A stretch of DNA of 20,455 nucleotides from contig CAXXVK010000037.1 of the NCBI GenBank assembly GCA_963676915.2, forward strand, positions 1 to 20,455. The letters are read 5' to 3'. This document shows, one piece after another, positions 1 to 8,239 of the stretch (the stretch's first letter is position 1; each line of letters begins with the position of its first letter). A program made the translations under genes and the position numbers. The notes under the pieces were generated by a model. That model saw only the letters and a program-made list of their open reading frames with translations. It was not told where the DNA came from and searched no databases. The stretch is from Myxococcota bacterium (GTDB taxonomy: Bacteria; Myxococcota_A; SURF-8; G963663525).

Positions 1-122
1 CCTGGATCTCGGAACCGGTCGGATTCGGTACGTTTTCCACCAACGGTGCGCGTAAAGATGCGCTGTTCGGGAAATATTCCAACAACGACCAGGTTTTCGT
101 ACAACTGCGCTGGAATTTTTAA
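1..122 (+). CDS. 3' end of an outer-membrane beta-barrel protein (possibly DUF1302-like), truncated by window start
   Basis: Frame from nt 3 reads WISEPVGFGTFSTNGARKDALFGKYSNNDQVFVQLRWNF* (TAA 120-122). Alternating hydrophobic C-terminal strand ending in Phe is the BAM signal. Confidence 0.65.
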   Translation, partial: WISEPVGFGTFSTNGARKDALFGKYSNNDQVFVQLRWNF

Positions 123-156
123 CTCGGCGTGAACTTTGACAAACGAGTAGGATCCT

Positions 157-190
157 TCGCAACGAGAAACATACCTCGTTGCGATCTTTT
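157..190 (+). terminator. Putative intrinsic terminator
   Basis: Perfect 10-bp stem TCGCAACGAG (157-166) / CTCGTTGCGA (175-184) followed by TCTTTT, 35 nt after the upstream stop. Confidence 0.5.
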
Positions 191-263
191 CGCCGGTTCG
201 AATGTATTTTGATCTTTCCGGCTGAAACTCCAATACTTTATTTAACTTTAGGACACACATGTA

Positions 264-1826
264 ATGATATGGGTTGACGAACCGATTCGTATTTCCACCG
301 AACGACATATTCCCCCTCACCACGATCCTGTGGGATCGGCGAAAACGTTCGTATTGCATCGTGTGATCATCCTGCTGTTGTTCGCGCATATCTACTTCGG
401 TCTTCGCCCCAATGCCGCCAAAGCCAATCCGCTGGACACCTACGGGCTTTCTTCGCGACAAATCGCCGTTGGCGGCGCTGCCACGGCGGGAGCCGACGAC
501 TACTCCGCCACCTATTACAACCCCGGAAAACTTCCCTTCGTCGCCAACGGGTTCGGCGTCGGGTTGCTGTTTTCTTTCGATGACGTGGCCATTCGGCTCA
601 AATCCCGTCCGGACGGAGTGGATGTTCCTACCCTGATGTACGACTCCCTGCCGATGGATGAAAGCGCCGTATCCCACAGCATTCGTCCCCTGGCGACCGA
701 GGATCTGGTCAACCCCAGACGAAACACCTACGAAATCCCCAACACGATCGCTCTGCAAGGCGGACTGGTTCACGACCTGGGACTTAGCTGGTTCAAGCTG
801 GGACTTAGCGTTCATATGCCGTTGAACGAAATGGCGCGGGCGCGATTCTACTACCCGGATGAACGGGAGCAGTATTTTTCGAACCGACTCCATTTCTCCC
901 TGATCGGCGACCGCAGCCAGCGACCCTCGATCAACGCCGCCATGGGTTTCAAACCCTTGAAATGGCTGGGAATCGGCATCGGATTGGATATGCAGGCCAC
1001 CATTGCGGCCAAGGCGAGAATGTTCGTTCCCGATCCTTTGGATCAGGCCAACGTGAACCTGACCATCGATGGCGCGGTGAAATACTCGTTTATCCCCGTG
1101 GCCGGAGTCTATTTCCAACCCCTGGACGAACTCGGCATCGGCATTTCCTACCGGGAACCGAGTTGGTACGGCACGAGCCTGCACAACGAGATTCAATTCT
1201 GGAGTTTCGAGGTCTACAAGGGCGAGCCGGTCACCCACCAGGAATTCAATTACGCGTTTTCCTACGCTCCGCGAGAGGTACGCGGCGGAGTGTCTTACAA
1301 CGTGTCGGCCTGGACGTTCCTGGCGGATCTCTCGTGGCGTCAGTGGTCGCTTTTCAAAGACATGCTGGCCGCGAGTTCCCGCAAGCGTTTTAAAGATGTC
1401 TGGACGCCGCGCCTGGGAATGCGGGTCCAGGTGCACGAAATCGTGGAACTCAGCGCGGGCGCCGCTTACGAACCCTCCCCCGTTCCGCGCCAGAATGGCC
1501 GAACGAATTACGTGGACAACGACCGGATTCAGTGCTCGGCAGGTACGGAAATCGACATCCCGCCGGTCAAGGGTCTGGCCGTGGGCGTCCATTTTCAGGC
1601 GATTCCCCTGCTTCCGCGCTCCGAAAGCAAGAACCTCTTCGCCCCGTCCGGCGTCATCGAAGACACCATGGGTCTGATCGACGAATTCCCCGATTCCCGC
1701 GACAACAAAACGGACGAATACATCGAACAAAGCGCCGGATTGCAAACCAACAACCCCGGTTATCCGGGATACAGTTCAGAGGGGTGGTTCGGCTCGGTAG
1801 GCGTCTACATGAACTACACGTTTTAG
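264..1826 (+). CDS. FadL/OmpP1/TodX-family outer-membrane transporter (long-chain fatty acid/hydrophobic compound)
   Basis: Signal-peptide-like segment ending AAKA, then the FadL hatch motif (YGLSSRQIAVGGAATAGADDYSATYYNPG), amphipathic strands, C-terminal YTF. Start codon uncertain. Confidence 0.8.
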   Translation: MIWVDEPIRISTERHIPPHHDPVGSAKTFVLHRVIILLLFAHIYFGLRPNAAKANPLDTYGLSSRQIAVGGAATAGADDYSATYYNPGKLPFVANGFGVGLLFSFDDVAIRLKSRPDGVDVPTLMYDSLPMDESAVSHSIRPLATEDLVNPRRNTYEIPNTIALQGGLVHDLGLSWFKLGLSVHMPLNEMARARFYYPDEREQYFSNRLHFSLIGDRSQRPSINAAMGFKPLKWLGIGIGLDMQATIAAKARMFVPDPLDQANVNLTIDGAVKYSFIPVAGVYFQPLDELGIGISYREPSWYGTSLHNEIQFWSFEVYKGEPVTHQEFNYAFSYAPREVRGGVSYNVSAWTFLADLSWRQWSLFKDMLAASSRKRFKDVWTPRLGMRVQVHEIVELSAGAAYEPSPVPRQNGRTNYVDNDRIQCSAGTEIDIPPVKGLAVGVHFQAIPLLPRSESKNLFAPSGVIEDTMGLIDEFPDSRDNKTDEYIEQSAGLQTNNPGYPGYSSEGWFGSVGVYMNYTF

Positions 1827-1854
1827 AGGGGTTCCCATTTGGGGAATGAAAAAT

Positions 1855-1920
1855 CGTAGGTCGGGCAAATTTCTTGCCCGACAATACCAAAGTGTCGGGC
1901 TAAAAATTAGCCCGACCTAC
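1855..1920. repeat. REP doublet (REPIN-like), family A, intact copy
   Basis: CGTAG-GTCGGGCAAATTTCTTGCCCGAC-short spacer-GTCGGGCTAAAAATTAGCCCGAC-CTAC: two hairpins with a GTAG foot at each outer end. A reverse-complement copy is split between 14695-14698 and 15872-15933. Confidence 0.9.
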
Positions 1921-1971
1921 CTATTAACCCACGTCAAAAATAAAAATCTTTTTATTGGATCACACCCGCCG

Positions 1972-2174
1972 GGGTGCATCACAAAATGGTGCGAATTGGC
2001 CCAATAATATTGAAGCATTCATTCACTTGGTTGTAGCGGCGAGGCGTAAGCCCGCCGAAAAGGGAGATTGGGAGCATAAAAGCAACTTTCTAAAGGCAAA
2101 AAACGGCGGGCTTACGCCTCGCCGCTACGAAAAAAGAGGATTTTACGAAAGTCGCACTATTTTGTGATGCACCC
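1972..2174. mobile_element. MITE-like element with 23-bp terminal inverted repeats
   Basis: GGGTGCATCACAAAATGGTGCGA (1972-1994) vs TCGCACTATTTTGTGATGCACCC (2152-2174), 22/23 inverted match. No credible ORF inside and no clear target duplication. Confidence 0.6.
2033..2128. repeat. REP doublet, family B (perfect 25-bp inverted repeat with GTAG feet)
   Basis: GTAGCGGCGAGGCGTAAGCCCGCCG (2033-2057) and its exact reverse complement (2104-2128), separated by a 46-bp A-rich spacer. Confidence 0.85.
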
Positions 2175-2200
2175 ATCCGGCGCTGTGGTTCGGGGTTTTC

Positions 2201-2229
2201 TTGTATTCCAATGGCATCTTTTTTATAAT
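2201..2229 (+). promoter_or_regulatory. Sigma70-type promoter for the pentapeptide-repeat gene
   Basis: TTGTAT (2201-2206), 17 bp, TATAAT (2224-2229). RBS-like AAGGGGA precedes ATG 2257. Confidence 0.65.
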
Positions 2230-2256
2230 CCGCTTGCCAGAAACCAAGGGGAAATC

Positions 2257-3375
2257 ATGGGTGCCAAAGCAAAAATTTACGCAATACTGAGCAAACCTAT
2301 TCCGGTTTCGAAATGGGTAAAAAAACTAGCTACAGCAGTAGCTACCTGTTTTAAATGGATCTCAGGTGGAACCAAACGAAAAATAGCAATCGCAGCTATT
2401 TTGGGGGTCTTTCTTTCCGTGTCCGCTGTATTCTGTTTTCATATATACTGCCCAAATGAGACGTGCGAGAACATGATATGCAAACTTGTATGGAAGCACT
2501 CCCCATGGCTTCTTTTTACAGGTCTGGCAGCCGCTCCATCCATGCTGTTAACCTGGTTTTGGAGAAGACAACAAAACGTCGAGAGGTTGATTACCGAACG
2601 TTTCGCCAAAGCCACCGAGCAACTGGGAAGCGATCAAATGGCCGTCAGGCTAGGTGCCATCTACCAACTCGAACGCATTGCCCAGGACTCCAAACGCGAC
2701 CATTGGACCGTCGTAGAAACTCTTTCAGCCTACATCCGGGAAAATGCTAAACAAAATGATGATTTAGTTCCACCAACGACCGATATTCAAGCCGCTTTGA
2801 CCGTCCTTTGCCGACGCAAATGGAGAAACACAGAGAAGAACGGAATTGATCTATCGAACACAAATCTCCAGAAAGCAGATCTCAGTAATGCACACCTTGA
2901 GAGGGCAAACCTCTGGAACGCACGCCTTGAGGAGGCAGACCTCGGTGAAGCACACCTTGAGAGGGCAAACCTCGGGAAAGCACACCTTGAGAGGGCATTC
3001 CTCGGGAAAGCACACCTTGAGGGGGCAAAACTCTGGGACGCACAGCTTGAGGACGCACTCCTCGGGAAAGCACACCTTGAGGGGGCAGACCTCTGAAACG
3101 CACACCTTGAGAAGGCTATCCTCAGAAACGCACGCCTTGAGGAGGCAGACCTCGGTGAAGCACACCTTGAAGAGGCAGACCTCAGAAACGCACACCTTGA
3201 GGGGGCAGACCTCGGTGAAGCACACCTTGACGGGACAAAGCTAACAAGAACCAAATACAGCGAAGAAACAACTATATTTCCTGATAGTTTTTTTCCTGCG
3301 CTACGAGGTATGGAAAGCAGCGAGCCCAAACCCTCCCCTACCCCCGACCCAACCGAATCGCCTGAATCTTCTTAA
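2257..3375 (+). pseudogene. Membrane-anchored pentapeptide-repeat protein interrupted by an in-frame TGA at 3094-3096
   Basis: Two hydrophobic N-terminal segments, the ITERFAKATEQLGS...VRLGAIYQLERIA...DIQAALTVL domain, then A(D/N)LxxAHLE repeats. The same frame continues 92 codons past the TGA (more repeats, then TKYSEETTIFPDSFFP cap) to TAA 3373-3375. Confidence 0.8.
2881..3240 (+). repeat. 12 x 30-bp coding tandem repeat
   Basis: Units approximate CTC-NGN-RAN-GCA-CAC-CTT-GAG-RRG-GCA-RAC, each encoding two pentapeptides. Confidence 0.9.
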
Positions 3376-3572
3376 GTAGCCCCGTTGACGAACTTTTCGT
3401 CAAAAATGGAATCTTTCCGCTTCTTTTGCTCCAACATGCTTTTTTTCCTTCCAATTTCTCCGCCACGGGTATACAAAGGCATCGTCAGTCATTTGGAGAG
3501 AAAGATGAACGAGGACCCATACCCAAGTACCAACAGGCCGATTGGCCTCGAACATTCGAGGGGTAAAACGAC

Positions 3573-4935
3573 GTGCTTAGTCGTAAACAGCAGACGCTGT
3601 TCAACGCGATCAATAAACTCTTGCGTAAAGGCGCAACCGTGCGTCTCGAACGCTTCTTGGAGCGCGTTCACCCCGCCGACCTCGCATTAATCTGCCGTTT
3701 CCTTTCCAGCGACAATCAACAGAGAATTTTTTTCGCTCGTCAAATCCGACGAAGCCAAGGCGTTCGTGCTGGCCGAGTTGGACGATGTGATCGCCACCAA
3801 CCTCGTCGAAGAAATGAGCGGCGCGGAGTTGGGCGGAATTCTGCAACACATGGACCCGGACGACGCCGCCGACCTGCTGGCCGAAGTGGACCCGGAACTG
3901 AAAGAATCCGTACTGCAAACGCTCCAGGTGGAGAACCGGGAAGAACTCAAAGAAATCCTGCAATATCCACCGGATACGGCAGGTGGCATCATGACGCCGA
4001 TGTTCGTTGGCGTCCCGGCAAGCTACACCGTCGCCCAGGCGCTGAAAGAAGTTCAGGACAGCGAGGACGAACCGGAGTTGATCTCCTACGTCTACACCTC
4101 CGACGATAACGGCGAGTTGGTCGGTGTGGTGTCCTTGCGCGAACTGCTTCAAGCCTCCGAAAACGACGTGCTCGAAGATTTCATGGAAACCGACCTGATC
4201 TCGGCCCACGTCGCGCAGGACCAGGAAGAAGTCGCCCGCCTGATCGCCAACTACGACCTGCTCGCCGCCCCCGTCATCGACGACAAAGGGGCCATCGTCG
4301 GCATCGTGACCGTGGACGATGTCATCGACGTTATCCGCGAAGAGGCGACCGAGGACATCCTGCGACTGGTCGGCGCCAACGAGGAAGTTCTCGAACACTA
4401 TAGCCTGAAACAGAACATCATCTATCGCGCGCCCTGGTTGTTGGCGAGTTGGGCAGGCGGTATTCTGGTGATGTGGGTCATCAGTCAATTCGAGCCGACA
4501 CTCGAAAAAGTGCTGCCGCTGGCGGCATTTATTCCGGTGGTGATCGGCATGGCGGGTAACTTGGGTTCTCAGTCGGCAACGATCGTCGTACGCGGTCTTG
4601 CACTCGGGCGCATCCACGTAGACCAGATTCTGTTCACACTGCTCAACGAAATCGGCACCGGCATCGCGCTGGGTGGGGTATACGGTCTACTACTTGGGAC
4701 CGTGGCCTACTTGATCTACGACGAAATTTCGATGATCGGTTTCGTCGTCGGATTCTCGTTGTGCGTGGCGATGATTTTCGCGGCGGCCATCGGGGCATTT
4801 ATTCCCATGGCGTTGCAACGCATGAATTTCGACCCCGCCGTTTCGACCGGTCCCTTCGTTACGACATCCATCGATATTATCGGAATCACGGCGTATTTCG
4901 TTATTGCAACGTTGCTGATGCCGGGATTATCCTGA
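3573..4935 (+). pseudogene. mgtE: Magnesium transporter MgtE, split by a 1-nt frameshift in the T7 run 3727-3733
   Basis: GTG 3573 with GAGGGG RBS gives the MgtE N-terminus (...ERVHPADLA...). The other frame gives MDPDDAADLL, YPPDTAGGIMT, CBS pair, GMAGNLGSQS, DPAVSTGPFVTTSID. Removing one T joins them into a 453-aa protein. Confidence 0.9.
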
Positions 4936-4999
4936 TGTTTCCTCCTGTTTTCATTCGAGATACACGCTTCGAATACAGGAATTTTACCGGATAGATTTC

Positions 5000-5743
5000 A
5001 TGGCTCGCATCAAGGACCAAGCCATCGTCGTTCGTCTGCAACCGTTGCGCGAAGCCGATTTGATCGTCGGCCTGTTTTCGCTGGCGGGTGGACGCCTCGA
5101 CGTGCGCGCCATCTGCGGCCGGAAAAGCATAAAACGTTTCGGTGGGATTTTGCAGCCTTTCACCCGTTTCGAAGCGGAATTGCAGACCCGAAGACGGGAC
5201 CGCATGGCCACGCTGGTATCGGCCCACCTGATCGATCCGTTTATGGAACTACGCGAAGATCTTGCCAAAATCGCTCTGGCAAGCTGGTATTGCGAACTCG
5301 TCGGGGAACTGTCGCCCCACGATCAGGGAGAACCATTGCTTTTCGAGTTGCTGGCATTTTTCCTGGATCGCCTGAAGACCGTGCCCGCCACGCTGAAGCA
5401 CCGGGTGTTTTTCGAGCTGCGACTGCTCGACATCCTCGGATTACGGCCCGACCTGGACCATTGCGCTCAGAGTGGAATCCCACTGAAAACAACGGCTTTC
5501 GTCGATCCCAGCATTCCGGGACTGGTTGCGGCATCCGACAAGCCGCTGTCCGACATCTGCCGTGAATCGACGAGAAAAGCGCTGACCGAAGCGTTGGAAC
5601 GTCCCCTGAAAGAGTTGTCAAGCGTCTGCCTGACCCGCAGTCAGGCTTTGGAAGCCAAGGCGTTGCTGACACCGTTATTGCTCGATCAACTGCCTCACCG
5701 CCCGCGCTCCCTGAAAATGCTTGAAGAGGAACTGACGGCATGA
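5000..5743 (+). CDS. recO: DNA repair protein RecO
   Basis: AIVVRLQPLREADLIVGLFS...G.L...A...RKS.KRFGGILQPF, FFELRLLDILGLRPDLDHC. The zinc-finger region looks degenerate. Confidence 0.9.
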   Translation: MARIKDQAIVVRLQPLREADLIVGLFSLAGGRLDVRAICGRKSIKRFGGILQPFTRFEAELQTRRRDRMATLVSAHLIDPFMELREDLAKIALASWYCELVGELSPHDQGEPLLFELLAFFLDRLKTVPATLKHRVFFELRLLDILGLRPDLDHCAQSGIPLKTTAFVDPSIPGLVAASDKPLSDICRESTRKALTEALERPLKELSSVCLTRSQALEAKALLTPLLLDQLPHRPRSLKMLEEELTA

Positions 5744-7455
5744 ACGATCTCTGGCGAAGAGTCGGCGAGTTCGCTTCTCCGGGAAAGAAATATTTCTATT
5801 TTTCGATGTTCGCCATGATTTTGGGAGCGTTGGCGACGGGAGCGTACGCCTTCCTGATCGGTCCCGTGATCAAAGTGTTGTTCTCCGGTCCTGCGGCGGC
5901 GGCGGAGTCCCTGCCGGAATCTCTACGCACCATCGCCGTATGGTTGGCAGGAGATCGTGCGGCACACTGGGCGGTTCCGGTGCTTGTGCTGCTGGCGGCC
6001 TCGGGGCGCGGCCTGGGACAACTTGGCCGATTCTACTGGATGGGTGTTCTTGGTGAACGCACGGCGGCGAATTTACGCGCCCGGATGATGCAAAAGCTGC
6101 ATCGGATGGCCCCGGAAGAGTTGGAAAAAGCCGGTTCCGGCTCATTGGTGGTGCGGTTCACCTCGGATGTAACCTACGTGCAGGAAGCGGTGACCCACGC
6201 GGTGGGTACACTGTTCGCCGATTCTCTTAAGGTACTGGTATTATTGGGGGTTGCGGTTGCGCTCGATCCCTTGCTGTCGGTCGTAACGTTTTTGGTGCTT
6301 CCGGTGGCATCCCTACCCATTACCTGGGTAGCGCGACGCCTGCGGCGGACTTCGACAGCCCGCCAGGAAGCCCTTGCCGAGTTGGCCGACCACGTAGAGG
6401 AAGACCTAAGGGCGGCAGGCGTCATCCGAGGTTTTTCGTTCCGAACCCAGCGTATGGCGCGTTTTCTCGAACGCAACGCTTTGCTGTTGCGCCACTCGTT
6501 GCGCAGCTATTTCGTGCGGGCTTTTTCATCGCCGCTCATGGAAATCCTCGGGGCGGTGGCGCTCGTCGGAACGCTGCTGCTGGCCGGAATCCGGCATCGG
6601 GAAGGCGTTCTGATACCGGAGGATTTCTTTTCGTTTCTGGCCGCTGTCCTGATGCTGTACGAACCGTTGAAGAATTTAGGCCGCTTGCAGAATCTTTTGC
6701 AACCCGGACGGGCCGGACTGGGGCGAATCGTCGAATTCCTCGACGCCCCGGAAGAAGATCTTCGCGCCGGAGTCGATCTGCCGGAGCTACAGCAAACCAT
6801 CCGTATCGAAAACCTTCGATATTCCTACGGAAATCAACAGGTTCTGGCCGGAGTGAACCTGGAATTGCGTCGTGGTGATATCACCGCCCTAATCGGGGAA
6901 TCCGGTGCGGGAAAATCCACACTCGCCAACATTCTACTGGGAAGAATCAAAGGCGCTACGGGACGAATCGAATGGGACGGCATCGAGCTATCCACGGTAC
7001 GCTTGGACGAGCGCTGCCGCCAAAGCGCTCTCGTCGAGCAACGCCCCGTGCTGTTCGACATGGGGCTTTTCGAAAACGTCGCCGTGGGAGATCCGACGTT
7101 GACACCTGAAAAATTCGACCAGACGATGGACTTTCTCGGGCTTTCCAATCTACCCCAAGCGTCACCAACCAGACGCCACGAACCTTTAGGACCGGAAGGC
7201 AACCGCTTGAGCGAAGGCGAGCGTCAACGAGTGGCACTGGCTCGGGCCTTTGTGAAACAACCGGATTTGCTGGTATTGGACGAGGCAACCAGCGCTTTAG
7301 ATGAAGTAACCCAACAACGGGTGTTCGATGCGCTGGAAACCATCAAGCCGTCATGCGCTATCCTGTTTATCGTCCACCGTCCTAGCGTCATGAAACGGGC
7401 GGATCGGGTGTTGGAATTGGCGAACGGAATGCTTCAGGAACTACCGAGAAAATAA
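5740..7455 (+). CDS. ABC exporter, fused TMD-NBD (MsbA-like)
   Basis: N-terminal multi-TM domain, Walker A GESGAGKS, signature LSEGERQR, Walker B LLVLDEATSALD, H-loop IVHR. ATGA overlap with the recO stop. Confidence 0.85.
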   Translation: MNDLWRRVGEFASPGKKYFYFSMFAMILGALATGAYAFLIGPVIKVLFSGPAAAAESLPESLRTIAVWLAGDRAAHWAVPVLVLLAASGRGLGQLGRFYWMGVLGERTAANLRARMMQKLHRMAPEELEKAGSGSLVVRFTSDVTYVQEAVTHAVGTLFADSLKVLVLLGVAVALDPLLSVVTFLVLPVASLPITWVARRLRRTSTARQEALAELADHVEEDLRAAGVIRGFSFRTQRMARFLERNALLLRHSLRSYFVRAFSSPLMEILGAVALVGTLLLAGIRHREGVLIPEDFFSFLAAVLMLYEPLKNLGRLQNLLQPGRAGLGRIVEFLDAPEEDLRAGVDLPELQQTIRIENLRYSYGNQQVLAGVNLELRRGDITALIGESGAGKSTLANILLGRIKGATGRIEWDGIELSTVRLDERCRQSALVEQRPVLFDMGLFENVAVGDPTLTPEKFDQTMDFLGLSNLPQASPTRRHEPLGPEGNRLSEGERQRVALARAFVKQPDLLVLDEATSALDEVTQQRVFDALETIKPSCAILFIVHRPSVMKRADRVLELANGMLQELPRK

Positions 7456-7470
7456 AAAAACTCTTTGAAT

Positions 7471-8037
7471 TCACTTCGCTTTTCGTCGAAGTTCCTCGGC
7501 TTCGTCGATCAATTCGCCGTCTTCGGCCATCAAAGCGATCGATTCGAGTTTCAACGAAAGCTGTCGTTTGCTAGGTAAGGGTTCGATATCGGCAATTTTC
7601 GCGATCTGGCGAATTGCCTGCAACAACACGCTTTCGTCATCACACTCTAGAACACGATACAGAATCTCCATATCATCTGGAAATTCTTCATGTTTTTTTG
7701 TGTAGGCCTTGACCGCCTTTCGTAGCGCAGCAGGACCGGAAGCATCACGAATCGCCGCCAACAGTCGCAATTGGCCTCCACTCTGGGGTTTGGAAAGTGT
7801 TGCCATGTCTTCCTTTACAAGTTCGGGGACGATTCCTTTGTCAAAAAGGTCGTTGAGTTCCTTTTTGTACTTCTGTGTAACACGTTTTTCTTTTCGAGTA
7901 GCAGACGGACGATCCTCGCGAGCCTTCTTTCCGCTACGCAACTTGTCGATTTCGCTCCAACTCAGACGGTCGCGGTCGTCTTTGTCCCGTGTGCTGCGTT
8001 TGTCGGCCTTATCCCTGTAGTCGTCCTCTCGACCCAT
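7471..8037 (-). CDS. Hypothetical protein (charged N-terminus, helical C-terminus), about 188 aa
   Basis: ATG 8037 preceded by AAGGAGAG RBS. MGREDDYRDK...LSWSEIDKLR...; convergent with the ABC gene. Confidence 0.7.
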   Translation of the reverse strand: MGREDDYRDKADKRSTRDKDDRDRLSWSEIDKLRSGKKAREDRPSATRKEKRVTQKYKKELNDLFDKGIVPELVKEDMATLSKPQSGGQLRLLAAIRDASGPAALRKAVKAYTKKHEEFPDDMEILYRVLECDDESVLLQAIRQIAKIADIEPLPSKRQLSLKLESIALMAEDGELIDEAEELRRKAK

Positions 8038-8173
8038 GATGTCTCTCCTTGGGAATGACGGTGCGGCGTTTGCTCCATCATTATCGGCGAAACGGCGGTG
8101 TTTTTCAACTCGATAGAGCATTTCTTTGCAAAACGAAGCGATTCGTAGCGAATTCGTCGTTTTTGATATCTCC

Positions 8174-8215
8174 AAAAAGAAAACCGCCAGAGGCTTTCAT
8201 AAAAAACCTTGGCGG
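8174..8215 (-). terminator. Intrinsic terminator downstream of the permease
   Basis: Minus strand CCGCCAAGG...CCTCTGGCGG followed by TTTTCTTTTT, 25 nt after the permease stop. Confidence 0.6.
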
Positions 8216-8239
8216 AATGCCTGAGATTTCTGGCGAAAG

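Noticed and set aside
2164-2256. Upstream extensions of ORFs (pentapeptide from 2164, pgi from 12188, hypothetical from 8175)
   Set aside because: Better RBS-ATG pairs lie downstream, and for the pentapeptide and pgi genes the extensions overlap predicted promoters or repeat ends.
3094-3096. TGA as selenocysteine or alternative genetic code
   Set aside because: Equivalent repeat positions hold Trp/Arg/Gly/Ser rather than Cys, no SECIS-like hairpin was evident, and other genes here use TGA as stop.
2881-3240. Regular 30-bp periodicity resembling a CRISPR array
   Set aside because: Units are contiguous with no unique spacers, vary at codon level and encode pentapeptide repeats. No cas genes are present.
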